Source of the DNA: Octopus sinensis | Lineage: Eukaryota | Assembly (NCBI RefSeq): GCF_006345805.1 | Contig: NC_043000.1 | Span: 141,732,001 to 141,796,000 of the forward strand | Direction of reading: 5' to 3' | DNA length: 64,000 bases | Shown: positions 26,528 to 40,595 of the stretch, one piece after another | Position numbering within the stretch: the stretch's first letter is position 1 | Layout: each line of letters opens with the position of its first letter | Program-made: the position numbers and the translations under genes | The notes under the pieces: model-generated | Seen by the model: only the letters and a program-made list of their open reading frames with translations | What the model was told of the DNA's origin: nothing | The model's database searches: none

Positions 26528-27224
26528 CACATCGGAATAAAATAAGCACAGAGGATTGGAAGTTAGGAGTTGAAATCTTGACTTCAATGAGACATTAAAT
26601 ATTTAAATATTTTGAGTAACGACAAAAATAAAACCTCTGGAAAAATCCACAGAATCATATGTAAAATATAAACACCATATTTAAAGACCTGGACAAACAA
26701 TCGTTTTAAATACCCCAGGGTTACATCTCTTTAAGAGGTTTTCCCAGCAAGTGATCGTAGTAACACAACTTACTGCTGTATATGTAATTGATTTAGAGCA
26801 GGTCAACAGTGGCGATCCACAAGTGGTATTTAATGAATTTTACTTAGAAACAAATAATTCTCTAGAGTAAGAAAAATTAATTCCATAAAACATAAATACC
26901 GCAAGAGATATCACCTGTTTGTTTCATGAAAAAAAACTAATATTAATACCTACGAGAGTAGTATAGAGGTACAGAACATTTCACCGAGCTTGTAGCTAAG
27001 AAATATATATTGCGCCTGACAACTATATAATTCATTTGACTTTTGGAGCTACGTAGGGGTTTTAAGAGTTTGTGGAGAGAGACAAATCATTCCTTTATTA
27101 AATCAGATTGGCAAAATGACAATTTTCTAGTCGTTACCACACATATTTATGCACACACAAAAAATCAAGCAAACCCACCAACACACATATATACATATGG
27201 ATATATATACATATAAATTTAATG

Positions 27225-27228
27225 TGCC

Positions 27229-27297
<69 letters not shown>

Positions 27298-27376
27298 GTA
27301 TATATATATGTATATATATATGTATTATATATATATATATATATGTATATTATATATATATATGTATATATATATG

Positions 27377-27425
<49 letters not shown>

Positions 27426-27428
27426 GTA

Positions 27429-27460
<32 letters not shown>

Positions 27461-27481
27461 GTATATATATGTATATATATA

Positions 27482-27565
<84 letters not shown>
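27225..27565. repeat. About 340-bp interrupted (TA)n
   Basis: Visible repeat. Confidence 0.95.
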
Positions 27566-28149
27566 GGACACATGCACGCATATTATATATTATGAGGTTT
27601 TTATATACTAAAATCTATATTAGAAGACAAAAATGCTTTTGAGATTTGGCCCCATAAATGCAAAAAAATTATTTAAAAGATATCCATTTGTAAGTTTTTG
27701 TTTTTTTATATTTCTGTCTTTCTACTTGTTTGAAAGAAGACTCTTTCTCTCTCTCTCTCTCTTTCTCCCTCTGCCTGTCTTCTGAATACGTATGCATATA
27801 TACACACATGCACAGCCACATATATACACATTTGCTTATTTCCTTTCTCTTATGGCACATCTATAATTTCGATAATTTTATATTAAGTTTCTACTACTTT
27901 TCGATATTAAAATTTTATGATTTGTATTGATATCACCCTGCTGTGATAATGTATTTCGTGTATATATTTTAAGATATGATGGCATTGTTTTGTGTCATGT
28001 CGTATAATATTGATTATGAATAGGCATAAGTTTGCTGTTCATGTGTGCGCGACCGAATCTCTAATGTGTCGCTGTAGGTAGGTTATAGTGCGCACTTGTA
28101 TTTTTAGTTGTTTATGAATGTAAAGTGTACGTAAAGGTGTAGGTATTTT

Positions 28150-28470
28150 ATAACCAGTTGGATGTTTGTGTAAGTTTAAAAATAATATCAACTCAGCGTG
28201 GCCACAGTCCAATGACTGAAACAAGTAATAGATAATAGATAATACTTGTGTACTTAGAGTGGCAATATACAAGCGTACATGTAATTATATACCTATACGC
28301 ACACACCACACACACACATACATACATGCATACATACATGCATACATACATACATACATACATACATACGTACATACATTACATACATACACATATGTAC
28401 GTACATATGTATGTTTGTATGTATGTATATATGTATGTATGTTTGTATATATGTATATATGTATGTATGT
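28150..28470 (+). mobile_element. SINE B-type 3' tail followed by a (TACA)/(TATG) microsatellite
   Basis: CAGCGTGGCCACAGTCCAATGACTGAAACAAGTAA at about 28195-28230. Confidence 0.55.
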
Positions 28471-29424
28471 ACACTTACTCGCACACAAGAAAAAATGCAG
28501 AAATGAAGGGAGATCGATATCAAACATAAAATTGAAAGAATATACATTTGAAACAGCAAAATAATTTTCTCTTTGACATATAAGACGAATTCAATGTTTC
28601 GATCAAAACCATTTGTCACCAGCATCAAAATATTGAACTGGTATCGAAGGAAAAAGACAGTAGGACAATTAAATGAGTCAAAGAGAAGACATATCTAAGA
28701 AAGAAGGAAACGGTAGTGCCAGTGTCGCTTAAGGTGGGATTCATATCTTTTCCTGGAGTGTCACTTATTTGCTTTTAATCATGCCCGTACCTGGTACTTA
28801 AATTTTGTTTATATAATATATTTAACTGGTGGAGTATTTCATCCTTAAATCTGTCAGTGAAGCAGAAAAGTTACACACAAACTTTGCAGGATTGATACAT
28901 AAGACACTTGGTTTTCAGATGGATACGTATGATGTTATGTTTTCAGCAGTTTGATTCTCGCAAAAACCATAGAATGTTGCAATAATTGCTTAGAAATAAA
29001 TATTTAAATAGTGGTAAGTCAATAGCTTAATACAAGATAAGCAAAATATAGTAGTAATAAACTAAGTTACAGAAGAGGTGATAAGACAAAAATTAGGTCA
29101 TGTGAGTAGATGTAGTCAGTGGAAATATTCAGTTTCTAATATGTTATCTGTGAATAGCAGAACGACAATTCTTTAAGCTAAGAGAAGAATCTAAACAGAT
29201 TTGTTACTGTTTTTTACCTAATTTTACGCTTAGAATTAGAGGAGCAAATATATATCTTCCTACCACATTTTATGTGTACACACTCACACGCACACACACA
29301 CACACACACACACGCACACACAGACACACAAAAATATATGTATATATAGATAAATAGATATAGATATATTGGCCTTACTTACAAGCAAACACATGCGTAT
29401 ACGTATGTAAATATACGTCTTTTA

Positions 29425-29665
29425 GTTTTTATCTTTTAGTGCGGCCACGCTGGGGCAACGCCTTGAACAATTTGTTTTAGTTGATCAACCCCACTACCTA
29501 CATTTTGTTAAGCTTGGTGCTTATTCTATCGGTCTCTTGTGTCATAAATACACCAACACACCAACACGCCAACACGGAGATGTAAACACACCAACACCAG
29601 TAGTCAAGCTCTAGTGGAGGACAAATACAGACACAAATACACAACACACACTCACACACATATAT
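29425..29665 (-). mobile_element. SINE family B-related 3' part
   Basis: TGCGGCCACGCTGGGGCA..TTATTCTATCGGTCTCTT..GTAAACACACCAACACC. Confidence 0.65.
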
Positions 29666-30019
29666 AAGCGTTAGGTATGTTTCTAATAGCTCACCGATAA
29701 AGCACGTTCACTGCTTATGGCTACCTTATGTTATCCGCGGTAATTTCGCAATCGTCGCTGGATAAATCCTTGGAATTCCTCAGGGTACGTTGAGTATAAA
29801 ACAAATGAAAGCGACGAAAAATGGAATACACGGGAAACATTTTTGTTCACAACAATCGTTTCGACACATCAGACATCAATCCCTCGTGGGTGGGTGTGAT
29901 GTATCCTTCGGTGCCGAAGAACCAGAAATAGCTGTATAGTCTCATATCCTCCGGGGCTCGATGCATGATGTGTCAAAACGTGTATTCCCTTTTCCATCTC
30001 TACCAATCTACCATTATAT

Positions 30020-30229
30020 ATTTCTTTATTGCCCACAAGGGGCTAAACATAGAGGAGACAAACAAAGGGATTAAGTCAACTACATCGACCCCAGTGCGTA
30101 ACTGGTACTTTATTTATCGGCCCCGAAAGGATGAAAGGCAAAGTCGTCCTCGGCTGAATTTGAACTCAGAGCGTAGCGACTGCTGAGCATTTCGCCCGGC
30201 GTGCTAACGTTTCTGCCAGCTCGCCGTCT
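30020..30229 (-). mobile_element. SINE family A
   Basis: Reverse complement of the family consensus. Confidence 0.85.
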
Positions 30230-30317
30230 TTATATATATATATGTGTGTGTGTGTGTGTGATTTTGTGCGTGTGTGGGATTGTGTGTGTGTGTGTGTGTG
30301 ATTGTGTGTGTGTGTGT

Positions 30318-30355
<38 letters not shown>

Positions 30356-30530
30356 GTGTCTGTGTATGTGCATGTGTATACACGACAGGCTTTTTTCAGT
30401 TTCTGCTTACCAAATCTACTCACAAGGCTTTGGTCGGCCCTAGGATATAGTAAAGGTTCAAGGTGCCACGCATTGGGACTGAACTCGGAATTATGTCGTC
30501 GGGAAGCAAGCTCCTTACCTGGCAACCACA
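30230..30530 (-). mobile_element. SINE family B head plus expanded (CA)n tract
   Basis: CTTTTTTCAGTTTCTGCTTACCAAATCTACTCACAAGGC..GGGACTGAAC; 3' half absent, with a SINE A copy abutting. Confidence 0.75.
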
Positions 30531-30921
30531 CATATATGTGTGATTGCGTACGTGTGAAAACACAAAAACAGAGTATTCATTTTTTTTATCGCTAAACCAC
30601 CACCTACACACTGAATTAAGCGTGTGAATTGTTCGACATCCCACGTGCTCGACAGATTAATGAAATCCTTAGGGAAAGAAAAAGTAGGATACAGAGAATG
30701 ACAGATGTATAGTTTTGAAATTGCATATAAAATCCACCTGCGCTGAATTTCTGTTCAAAAAGTTAAATTCACGGCGCAATTCATTACATACGATGTAATG
30801 GAAAAGAGGTTTACTTTCAGTAGCACACCTTAGGATGAAACTCAGGAACACCTGATCACCCAAAAGAAGTAGTAACAACGTGCTAATGCTTCGTTCTCTT
30901 CTCCCTGTGTGTATGCATATA

Positions 30922-31335
30922 GTCTTTTACTCTTTTACTCTTTTACTTGTTTCAGTCATTTGACTGCGGCCATGCTGGAGCACCGCCTTTAATCGAGCAA
31001 CTCGACCCCGGGACTTATTCGTTTGTAAGCCCGGCATTTATTCTATCGGTCTCTTTTGCCGAACCGCTAGGTGACGGGGACGTAAACACACCAGCATCGG
31101 TCGTCAAGCAATGCTAGGGGGACAAGCACAGGCACACAAACACACACACATACATATATATATACATATATACGACAGGCTTCTTTCAGTTTCCGTCTAC
31201 CAAATCCACTCACAAGGCATTGGTCGGCCCAGGGCTATAGCAGAAGACACTTGCCCAAGATGCCACGCAGTGGGATTGAACCCGGAACCATGTGGTTGGT
31301 TAGCAAGCTACTTACCACACAGCCACTCCTGCGCC
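30922..31335 (-). mobile_element. SINE family B, full-length young copy with (AAAAGAGT)n tail
   Basis: Near-identical reverse complement of 34910-35295. Confidence 0.9.
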
Positions 31336-32163
31336 TATATGCATGTATATATGCATGTATATATGCATGTATATAAAGTTGGATATGATCATTTTTGTAT
31401 TTATGTATGCATGTGTATTCTCCTTGTAGTCAAAATCTATTTGAAATATAGATATATTATCCAACAACGATATTATATATCAAACTGAAATAAACCCAAT
31501 TTATATTTCTAAGTATATTTCGTGTACTGTATAATGCGGTGTTGCGGTTCTTTCTATTAACTGCATTGACAAACAGCGAGAAAAACGTGGTAATAGTTTG
31601 TCTCATGTAAGAGATTGAGTTGTGAAGTTTATAATATTAAATTTTACACTAAATATATATACGATAGCTCTTGGCTGTCTGAAATGCATTCAGTGGTTTT
31701 GTGTTGATGAGGAGCTTTACAAATGTGAGGCTTCTATAATATATATTAACTATTACGTGTTGACGAAAAACATTCCATGTATTGTTTTAGGATTTTTTAA
31801 CGACGTATTTGTCTATTGTTCAACGGGTATACTTTTGATTCCTTTACTATACTTTATGTATCTCTTGTGTAATTTCATTTTTGGCTGCATCTGCCGTATA
31901 TGTGGGTGAATTATATTCTTCTATTGTTGATGTGACTGAGAACTAAATCGTCAATGGGATAATGTTTTTAGGAACGCTATTGTTCCAAACTAAACATAAA
32001 AATCTAATAAGGAAATATGCAAGATTCTGATATGATTAAACTTGAACAGTCGTGTCTTTTCTACAATACAAGCTCATGACAACACCCCCACATTGGCACA
32101 CATTAATACTTACATATGCGTGCATACACACACACACACTCACGCGCGCGTACACTCACACAA

Positions 32164-32203
<40 letters not shown>

Positions 32204-33107
32204 ATGCTTATGTTGGTGCCTGTATATATTCATTGTGTATTTGATCATCCCTGTGCGAGAGATGAGATCGTGTATTTGCCTATACACCCAAATACATATA
32301 TGGTGAGATACAAACGCATGCAAGTACTTCTACAGAGAAGTGCATGAATATATATCATTATACATATACATGTGTTTAGGTGTGTGTGAAACATTATATA
32401 TATATATATATCAACACATACGCATACATTCATTTATACATGTCTACATACATATATGTTTATATGAGTGTGAGTGTTTATGTGAGTGTTATATTTGAAT
32501 GTCTACGTGCAGGCGCACTTGTATACGTGAAATTACTTGAACATTGAGGTTCACATTTTTGTGAATGAAGAAATGATTATGATATCTGTTAGTAAATTAT
32601 TATAAATATACAATTAGATGCTGATAAAAAAAATTATGTTAACAGGATTTAAAATGATATGAAATAGTAAAATCCACACTTATCTACAAATCTAGTTTAA
32701 AAATAAACCTTACTACATCTAAGATATGATTGATAATAATCTTTAACACAGACCATTGTATTTGACTTATCAGTGTCTATCCTTTTACTTATATTTCCAT
32801 TGAAGCTGGAATGATCCGCATTATTTAAAATTTACCTATGCTCATTAGGGAACCTAAGATGAACCACATTCTACAACCACACAAATTTATCAAAAGTAAA
32901 AGAGCATAAATGTCTAAAATGATTTTTTTTACAAAAGCGAACTAATACCACAGGATGTGGACGACTAAGTTGTGGAACTTGCTTCCAACTACTGGAAGGT
33001 TCGGAATTCTATTTCAGACAAGGACAGGGATTCGCAACCGCCTAAAATTATATTTATGCAATAACTTTATTTACATTTGACGGATTTTTGTCTTTATCTT
33101 GGTTGTT

Positions 33108-33148
33108 GTTAACACAACGATATACCCTCGAGCCTTCATCAGTTATCT
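33108..33148 (-). ncRNA. Decayed hammerhead in the Penelope 3' region
   Basis: GAUAA-CUGAUGA-AGGCUCGAGGGUAUAUC-[GAAAC absent]-GUU-GUGUU. Confidence 0.45.
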
Positions 33149-33210
33149 TGGGGAAATTTCAAGATTATTATTATTATTATTATTATTAATATCCTTATTA
33201 TTATTATTCA

Positions 33211-33286
33211 GGTCATTGCCTGGAATCGAACTCGGAATCTTGGGGTTAGTTGACCATGCTCTTAACCACTGTACCATGTGCTCGTG
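33211..33286 (-). promoter_or_regulatory. tRNA-like module with Pol III A and B boxes
   Basis: TGGTACAGTGG (A box), GAGTTCGATTCC (B box); lies between the PLE ORF stop and the hammerhead relic. Confidence 0.6.
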
Positions 33287-34189
33287 AGCAATTATCGAGT
33301 GAATTTTAGGACTTATATATCTAATATTTTCCTATCCTTTCTTAATACCGGTTCCCATATGCTATTCATACCTACAGTCAGTCTGCTTAGGAGGTTGTTG
33401 TGTCCTAGCATATGTGCTGCTTCTTTAGTTTTCGTATTTTTCATTGGTGTTCTCTGTCTATTATTTTAACTTTATCCCACAGGGGGAGGTGGTCTCCATG
33501 TTTTCATACCTGATCAGCTATACCCTATTTATCAATATCTCCTCGTGTCACAGCTTTGCGATGTCACTCTACCCATATTTTGAGGGGGCGGCATGTTTCG
33601 CCTTTGTATAACATACTACAGCTGCATGGGATGGAGTACACGCAGTTTTTGGTCATATTCTCTTCTGTTGGTCATTTTACTCGAACGAGATATTTGCGAA
33701 GTGTTGTATTACTCTTGAATACTGTCTTGATGTCATATGGGCTGCATATCTTTTGTATTTTTTCGGAGAGGTTCTCACGCAGGGCAGACAGACTGTGGAC
33801 AGTTTATTGGTTTCATCCTCTCTTTTCTTCATGATTGGAGTAGTTGTTGCTTAATAGATTGTTACTGAGCTTTATCATTTCTTTGTAGTGGGTATCACGA
33901 TCGCTACTTATATTCTTTGTTCGATGTTTAAGGCACTGAGCAATCCCTCTCTTTACACTGTATGGATGGTGGAAATTGAAGTTGGGGTATCGTCCAGTGA
34001 AGGTCAGCTTGCGGTATACATACGGACTGCTCCTATGTATACATGTGTGTTTGTGTGTGTCTGTCTGTGTGTGTGTGTGTGCGTGAGCTCGTGTGTGTGA
34101 ATGCGTGTGTGTGTATGTATATATACACACACACATATGCATATATACACATGTATATATGTATATCAACTTGTATACTGACTACACCA

Positions 34190-34860
34190 TCAGAAACTCG
34201 ACCAATAGCGTCCCTCTTTCAACAAAAACAGGGGAAATATTCTAAATAAGATCAACAACAAGTACACAAACTTTCTGACCAGCTAAATCTTAGTGCCTTC
34301 TTACAATCGTTTGTGAACCCTTGAATATTCCATTAAAATATAAGTGACTTACTGAAGTGCAAAGTTTTAGAAACTGGACTAAATTTTGAACTTTCGATAT
34401 ACCATTCTCAAAGCGAAGGATGAAACCCCAAAATAATTAAAATTAATGACATACGCTAGCGAATAACTCCTTCTACGCACTTACATTATTTTGTGAAACC
34501 CTATTATACAACCTCATTACTGAAGCTAACACACTAAAATATATTCACCTGTGTATACTCATGAATAAATTCTAAAGAATGGTTCCTAATGTAATCAATA
34601 AAATTTTATCCCTGACACCACTCTCTCACAACCTACTCTAGAACTTAACTAGCTTCCCACAGAATTTTGCCAACTCGAAAAACATTTTATCTCAATAGGG
34701 ACTACGTAAAGCCAAGATTAACTCACATGCATAAGAGTAAGATGATGGTTTAGTTGACCGAAACTTCGAGGTCACAACCAATATTATTCTTATTAAAGCA
34801 TAATGAATTCATACTCTGCAAAACAATAGATTAATCCTTCCGATTAGAGTAAACTTGTTA
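34190..34860 (+). mobile_element. Highly decayed Penelope-like 3' end with a hammerhead relic
   Basis: Weak GIY-YIG-like ETGLNF..H..Q and KPYY/NKF traces, followed by a hammerhead-like motif at 34737-34775. Confidence 0.35.
34737..34775 (+). ncRNA. Degenerate hammerhead (C3U4 mutated)
   Basis: GU-AAGAUGA-U-GGUU UAGUU GACC-GAAAC UUCGAG GUC-AC. Confidence 0.4.
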
Positions 34861-34909
34861 TTATAACTGAACAATAAAACAAACATTTATATAAACTATA
34901 TATTATATA

Positions 34910-35295
34910 GGCGCAGGAGTGGCTGTGTGGTAAGTAGCTTGCTAACCAACCACATGGCTCCGGATTCAGTCCCACTGCGTGGCACCTTGGGCAAGTGTCT
35001 TCTGCAATAGCCCCGGGGCGACCATTACCTTGTGAGTGGATTTGGTAGACGGAAACTGAAAGAAGCCTGTCGTATATATGTATATATATGTATGTGTGTG
35101 TTTGTTTGTGTGTCTGTGTTTGTCCCGCTAGCATTGCTTGACAACTGATGCTGGTGTGTTTACGTCCCCGTAAACAAAAGAGACCGATAGAATAAGTACT
35201 GGGCTTACAAAGAATAAGTCCCGGGGTCGATTTGCTCGACTAAAGGCGGTGCTCCAGCATGGCCTCAGTCAAATGACTGAAACAAGTAAAAGAGT
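34910..35295 (+). mobile_element. SINE family B, full-length young copy
   Basis: GGCGCAGGAGTGGCTGTGTGGTAAG..GGATTCAGTCCC..TGACTGAAACAAGTAAAAGAGT. Confidence 0.9.
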
Positions 35296-36849
35296 ATATG
35301 TATATCTATGCGTTTGACTGTACGTTTGTGTGTTAGGGTGTACGTTTGTGTGTGTGTGAGTGTGTGTCAGTGTGAGCGTGAATTTACTCTTACCTAATAT
35401 ATTTCGCGATCATCTTCTTATTAGTTGTATATTTTCTTAGATTTTGTGTAGTTCAAGATCTGGAAAAGTTGCAGAATTGAAATGAGTTCTCGCATGCGTT
35501 TATATCTCTTAATTTATATTAATGTCACCATCAATATATATTAATAATATCGCATAAAACATTGTATGACAGAAATATTCTTTATTATTGCCTGCAGACA
35601 AGACCATGAATATAGACAAAAAGGGAAATTGCTAACATTGCAATTTCTGTTTATTCTTATAAAAAAATTCTACTACAAAATAAATGCACAATATGTGTAT
35701 TGCTACATTGTCAATTTCGTAACACCGTATGATTTATACGTGTAAACAGAATCGAGATCAGGAACTAAACAGCGGGAAACCTATCAATATATTTGATATT
35801 AATCATTTATTTAACTGTGATTAGGAGAAACGGTATTCAGCAATTTTTCTCGACGAAGTAAACAAAAGAAAGACAACCATACAAAACAAAAAAAACATGG
35901 AAATAACATCCGAATATGACAGCTATTTTATTTTGTTGTGGGTGAAAATTGAATTAGATCACAAGATCAAATCACTAAGAATTAGAAAGGTAACAAAGAG
36001 ATAATCTTGACGGCTGGACATGGCACCCAATTTGTGCAAAACCAAATGCAAAGTGACAGCACTATTAAATTGTCAGTTCTTCACAAATAAAATTTCGATA
36101 ATGAAGGGGAACGAGATGCCACTGTTACATTGTTATCGAGTTATGTTGAATAGACGTAATGCAAATATACTATAAAACTGTTTGACTTTCCTCTCTGATC
36201 ATGTATCTGTTGTTAGAGAGTAATGCTGGAAGGTATCATACTACACATCGACTCATGGCTGAAATGTTGCACATTTATATGTACACAGCACAAACATACG
36301 ACACATACACACACTATCTCATATGGGTTTCCTTTTTCAATATTTGCTTGTGCGTGTATGTGTGCTCAAATCAATGTGCCTTTGGGCATATACACGACCA
36401 AAAAATACTTAATGCTGCAGGAATTAAAGTGTAATTATATTATAGAACAGAACTTACTGTATGTTACTACACAGAATTATGTGTTCAGAGATTTTCTATT
36501 CCACGATATACAGACTAGTAAATACGAGTAATCAGGACACCAGAATGACTAATATATATTCAAATAAGATGCTTATACATAAGTATAATATCAATACATA
36601 TGTATCTAATAGAGATACTCAACGTGTTGCATATGTGTATAATGTAAGTATACATGTATATATATATGTGCGTTTGTGTGTGTATGAGTGTGTGTGTTTA
36701 TTGAGGTGTATATGTGTGTTTGAGTGTTATTTAAACATTGAGAGGCACACTAAACAGTGTTCGGTGTTCATTAAAGCATAGGTGTACATCTGTAAGAAAA
36801 ATATATACATTCTTTTTTTCTGTAATTTATTATAACTAAAAAACAAGAG

Positions 36850-37560
36850 GGTTGAACAATTCACATTTTTCGACATAGTCTCTCTCTTTTTCGATACACT
36901 TCTTCTAGATGCAGACAAGTATGTTTATTTCGTCGGAGAAGAAATTTTACACCACTTATTGTGCTTCTTCGTACATAGAAAATCGAGAATCTCGTAAAGG
37001 ATGTTTAAACAGTTCAGAGAGGTGATGATGGGAAGGGGCAAGATCTAGGCTGTGCAGAATGTTGAAATCCAATTTGTCAATGGTTTTAGTGGTGTAAATA
37101 GCCGTCTGTATGCGTACATTGTCGTACAACAATACTTCTTGCTTTGACAATAGACCTCGGTGCTTGGTGCAAATGGCTACAGTCACTTTGTTGGCCAGCA
37201 TTTTACTGCAACGTACACTACTAATTGTAGTTTTCTGTGTAATGTTCCACAATACGTCCTCTTGTATCCCCAAAAGCGGTTAGCATTACATTTCTGCAGA
37301 ATGTCGAGCCTTCAATTTATTTTTCCCGAGTGATTCCCTTTTTATCCAATCCGTTCCATTCCATATTCTCCATTTTGGATTCTGGCTCAAAGTGATGAAA
37401 CCAGGTCTCATCGCTTGTGAATGTTCTCTCCCCCAAACGCTTTGTCTTTGTAGCGGTTTTGTAAGCTTTGACAAATTTCTACACGATTGCGCTTATATAC
37501 TTTTGTAAAGTATTTTCGCATCCATCTTCTACAGACTTTATGGAAGCGAAGTCATCTCGT
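36850..37560 (-). mobile_element. mariner transposon relic
   Basis: GDETW-like (GCGATGAGACCTGGTTTCATCAC), LLYDNVRIQTA, LDLAPSHHHL, ..DYVEK. Confidence 0.75.
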
Positions 37561-40500
37561 AATGCCAGCTATGCAATAATGGATTAGCTGCGCAGCATCG
37601 AGAATCATACCTTACAAATTCTCCCAATTCTATATCGCAGATTTCCACCCTTCAATTTCGAAATCATTCTTCCTGGGCTGAGTTCACCGACCTCATTGCA
37701 TTATTCGTGCTGGATAAGCTAACGATAAGCTCACTCAAACTATAGGGAGGACTGTTTGGCAATCTGAACTGTGAGGATGAATCAAATAAGGAACTACAAA
37801 GAATTCCGCTTAAATATAGCAATTCCTACCAACAAAGACCTACTTACTGGTTGTAATTTTTTTGACTTCTTGAATGGAAGTACTACCCCTATAGAATGTC
37901 CAATAAGTGTACAGTTTACGTTCACAGATCTCCAAACGATCCTCAACAGTAATTATAAATTATATCACAGGCGTCAGTAGAAGAATCTTTAATCGAGTAG
38001 TTGACAGATCTTCGACTTGGCAGCATCCTCTTCTAATGAGAAGAAGTGATTTTACCGGCCAGTTCGTATTTTCTATTCCCCCTCCAAACCTGAAGTGAAT
38101 TAGAAAAAATGAAATAATGTAGTTTAGCATTATTCAGCGTCGAAGTTTCCACTAATTTACCGACTAACTTCCTGGCGCTAACTGATAAGAATTTTACAAG
38201 GCGCCATTGTAGATATTACAAACAGTTAATAACGCCAAGTTATCTCCATATGAGCTTCAAGATGAGCTGTTTTGGAAATGCTGATGCAGATAAGAGCAAT
38301 TATGTACGTTGGATGGTTTTTTAATTTATTATATAATATCGTATATAAATACGGGTTATTAAACCAATATAACTACCAGTCAAGAATTTTCATTGCCGTC
38401 ACTCTTGATTTCAAGCGCGGCTACATAATCACATGGATTCATTCTTAAATGGAGCCTCTAGCTACATACAGACACCAGTTCCAGAATATATCCTATACTT
38501 TATCTTGGTTCGTAGTTTGTGGGGCTTGTCCGAACAATACTAACCATCGTGTTTGTAAGCTGTTTGCATAGAATCGCTAGGTATCCTTCGCTATCATAAC
38601 TCCTCGTTACTCAGTAGGTTCTCTGACGACGTGACCCTCTCTTGTAAGCACACATTTTATTCCATTCTTATCTATTACAGAAAGGCTATATCATTTCTCC
38701 CAATGATTTTTAAGCCCTTAATTATTTACTTAGCTATACTAGCAGCATTTAGTTTGTATATTTTCCTTGTAATTCTCTCTCCTATCTCAGCATATCTTTC
38801 TCCTCTGCTACCCCATCCAATGTTTTCAGTTCATTGCTTGCCTCTATCTGTCTTTCTTCATTGTCAGATACCATCTTTAATGTGCTTAGTGAGATTCCCG
38901 ACTACCAGTGCACTTTTTTTCACCATATTGACCTTGCCCTCTCTCTGCTTCATCACTTCCACCTCTGTTCATCTAAAGTGTATGTTTTAAATGATTTCAG
39001 AATTAGCACTATCTGGTTTGACTTATAGATTTAGTGACGATTCTGAAAGCCCTCTCGCTATTTTGCTTTCGATGTTCGACTATATGTGGAAATTGGAAAC
39101 TGTTAACCAATGATATCACCCCTTCTTTCTCACATCCATACAGTCAACAGAATAACGTTCTGCTGACTGTATTAACTTGATAACATACTGGATATTGTAT
39201 GTTTGACTTAAAAAGAGTTTCGAATTATCTACATTACCATACGACTATCTGAGTTTCGTTGGAACTGCCCGTTAATATATTGCTCGTAATCGAGACTATT
39301 CGTTAAAACATTATTGCAGATATACTAAAACGAAATGCATAATTTACAACATTATAGCATTGTGCGCTAGATACTTTAAGGAACATTGTGCTACTTTAAT
39401 CACTGACTCATCTTCATTCATGTTTCTCTATGTTTGCTGTTGTATCCATTATATACGTTAGACTGCTCTGGTGATTATGTCAACATCCAGCACTCATGTA
39501 GTCCATTGTTAACATACCGAACAAAACCAAGAGCATTTATCTAAACAATTAATCTTAATTTATTCAGAGTATCTACTTTCTCTAGCCATACAGAAATCTT
39601 TGTAGCACATATTTAATATCAATGTATTTTATGGGATATTCAACGACTCAGTTATCTCTTTAGTACATATAAACTTAATTAAACAGCTAAGTAAAAACTT
39701 CAAGATGACATGCATATAAAAGTTAATAAATGAAGCGACAACTATAAATGTTTTTTTTTCTGTTTTTTCATCTAAAGTTACGAAAATATTTATAGGAAAT
39801 TATACGCACAAAAGAAATCAAAAAATCAAAAAGCCAAAAACAAAAGCGAAGCCGAACACTAAAGTGATATAAAACGCAGCAGAGAAATCAATTACCATGA
39901 TAGCACGTATAATAGTTACGATACTTTCATAGATGAAATGTTCAAGTCCCTCGATAAGAGATATACCAGACTAGATATTACTTGATGTCAGATTCCAACA
40001 AAATATAATTGATTCATTTACTGATCTCTTTTCCATCATCTCACAGGCTTCTAAAAGGAATATTAGTTGTTTTTTTTAATGTAGCCATTATTCATTATGA
40101 TATACACAGTTTACTTAATTAAAATATAGACAATAAATATATCAACACACGGTTTTATATAATATCATTGACGTACGTACATATGAATAGATGGAGAGAT
40201 GACACAGTTATATACATGGATAGATTTCTTGTCCATAACTCCTAAACATGATAAATAAAGGGATGTTCATGAATATGACTAGCAAGCCAGCGATATTATT
40301 TCGTCATTAATAAGCTGTTGGAGTACTTGTATAATTTTATTAAGCAAATAAATACTCAATAGCTTTTGAATATTTCCGCATGAATGGCTGCAGTTGTGAG
40401 AATTAAGGAAGATTGTGTTTTTGCAAAGATTCTGGTGGATGAAAAAGGATATAAAATTGGATGGCTGTAAACAAGTATTATCATCAAAATCTGCATAGCC

Positions 40501-40595
40501 CTTTAAGTTTCACTTACTTGTCGCTAGACGTATCATTACTGCAGAAGCAAAAAACAAAAAACGAATAAACAAACGAAAGGATTACATTATTCATA

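Larger units (their letters stand above)
33065..34035 (-). mobile_element. Penelope-like element (Penelope/Poseidon type): RT C-terminus, GIY-YIG and 3' region
   Basis: VYRKLTFTGRYPNFNFHHPYSVKRGI..NCVYSIPCSC..YKGETCRPLKIWVE*HRKAV..IRKLKEAAHM..WEPVL; stops present. Confidence 0.8.

Noticed and set aside
38056-38089. Minus-strand 34-nt exon candidate
   Set aside because: Good acceptor but no supporting partner exons or recognisable peptide.
38640-39000. Possible LINE remnant on the minus strand
   Set aside because: No diagnostic motif could be read.
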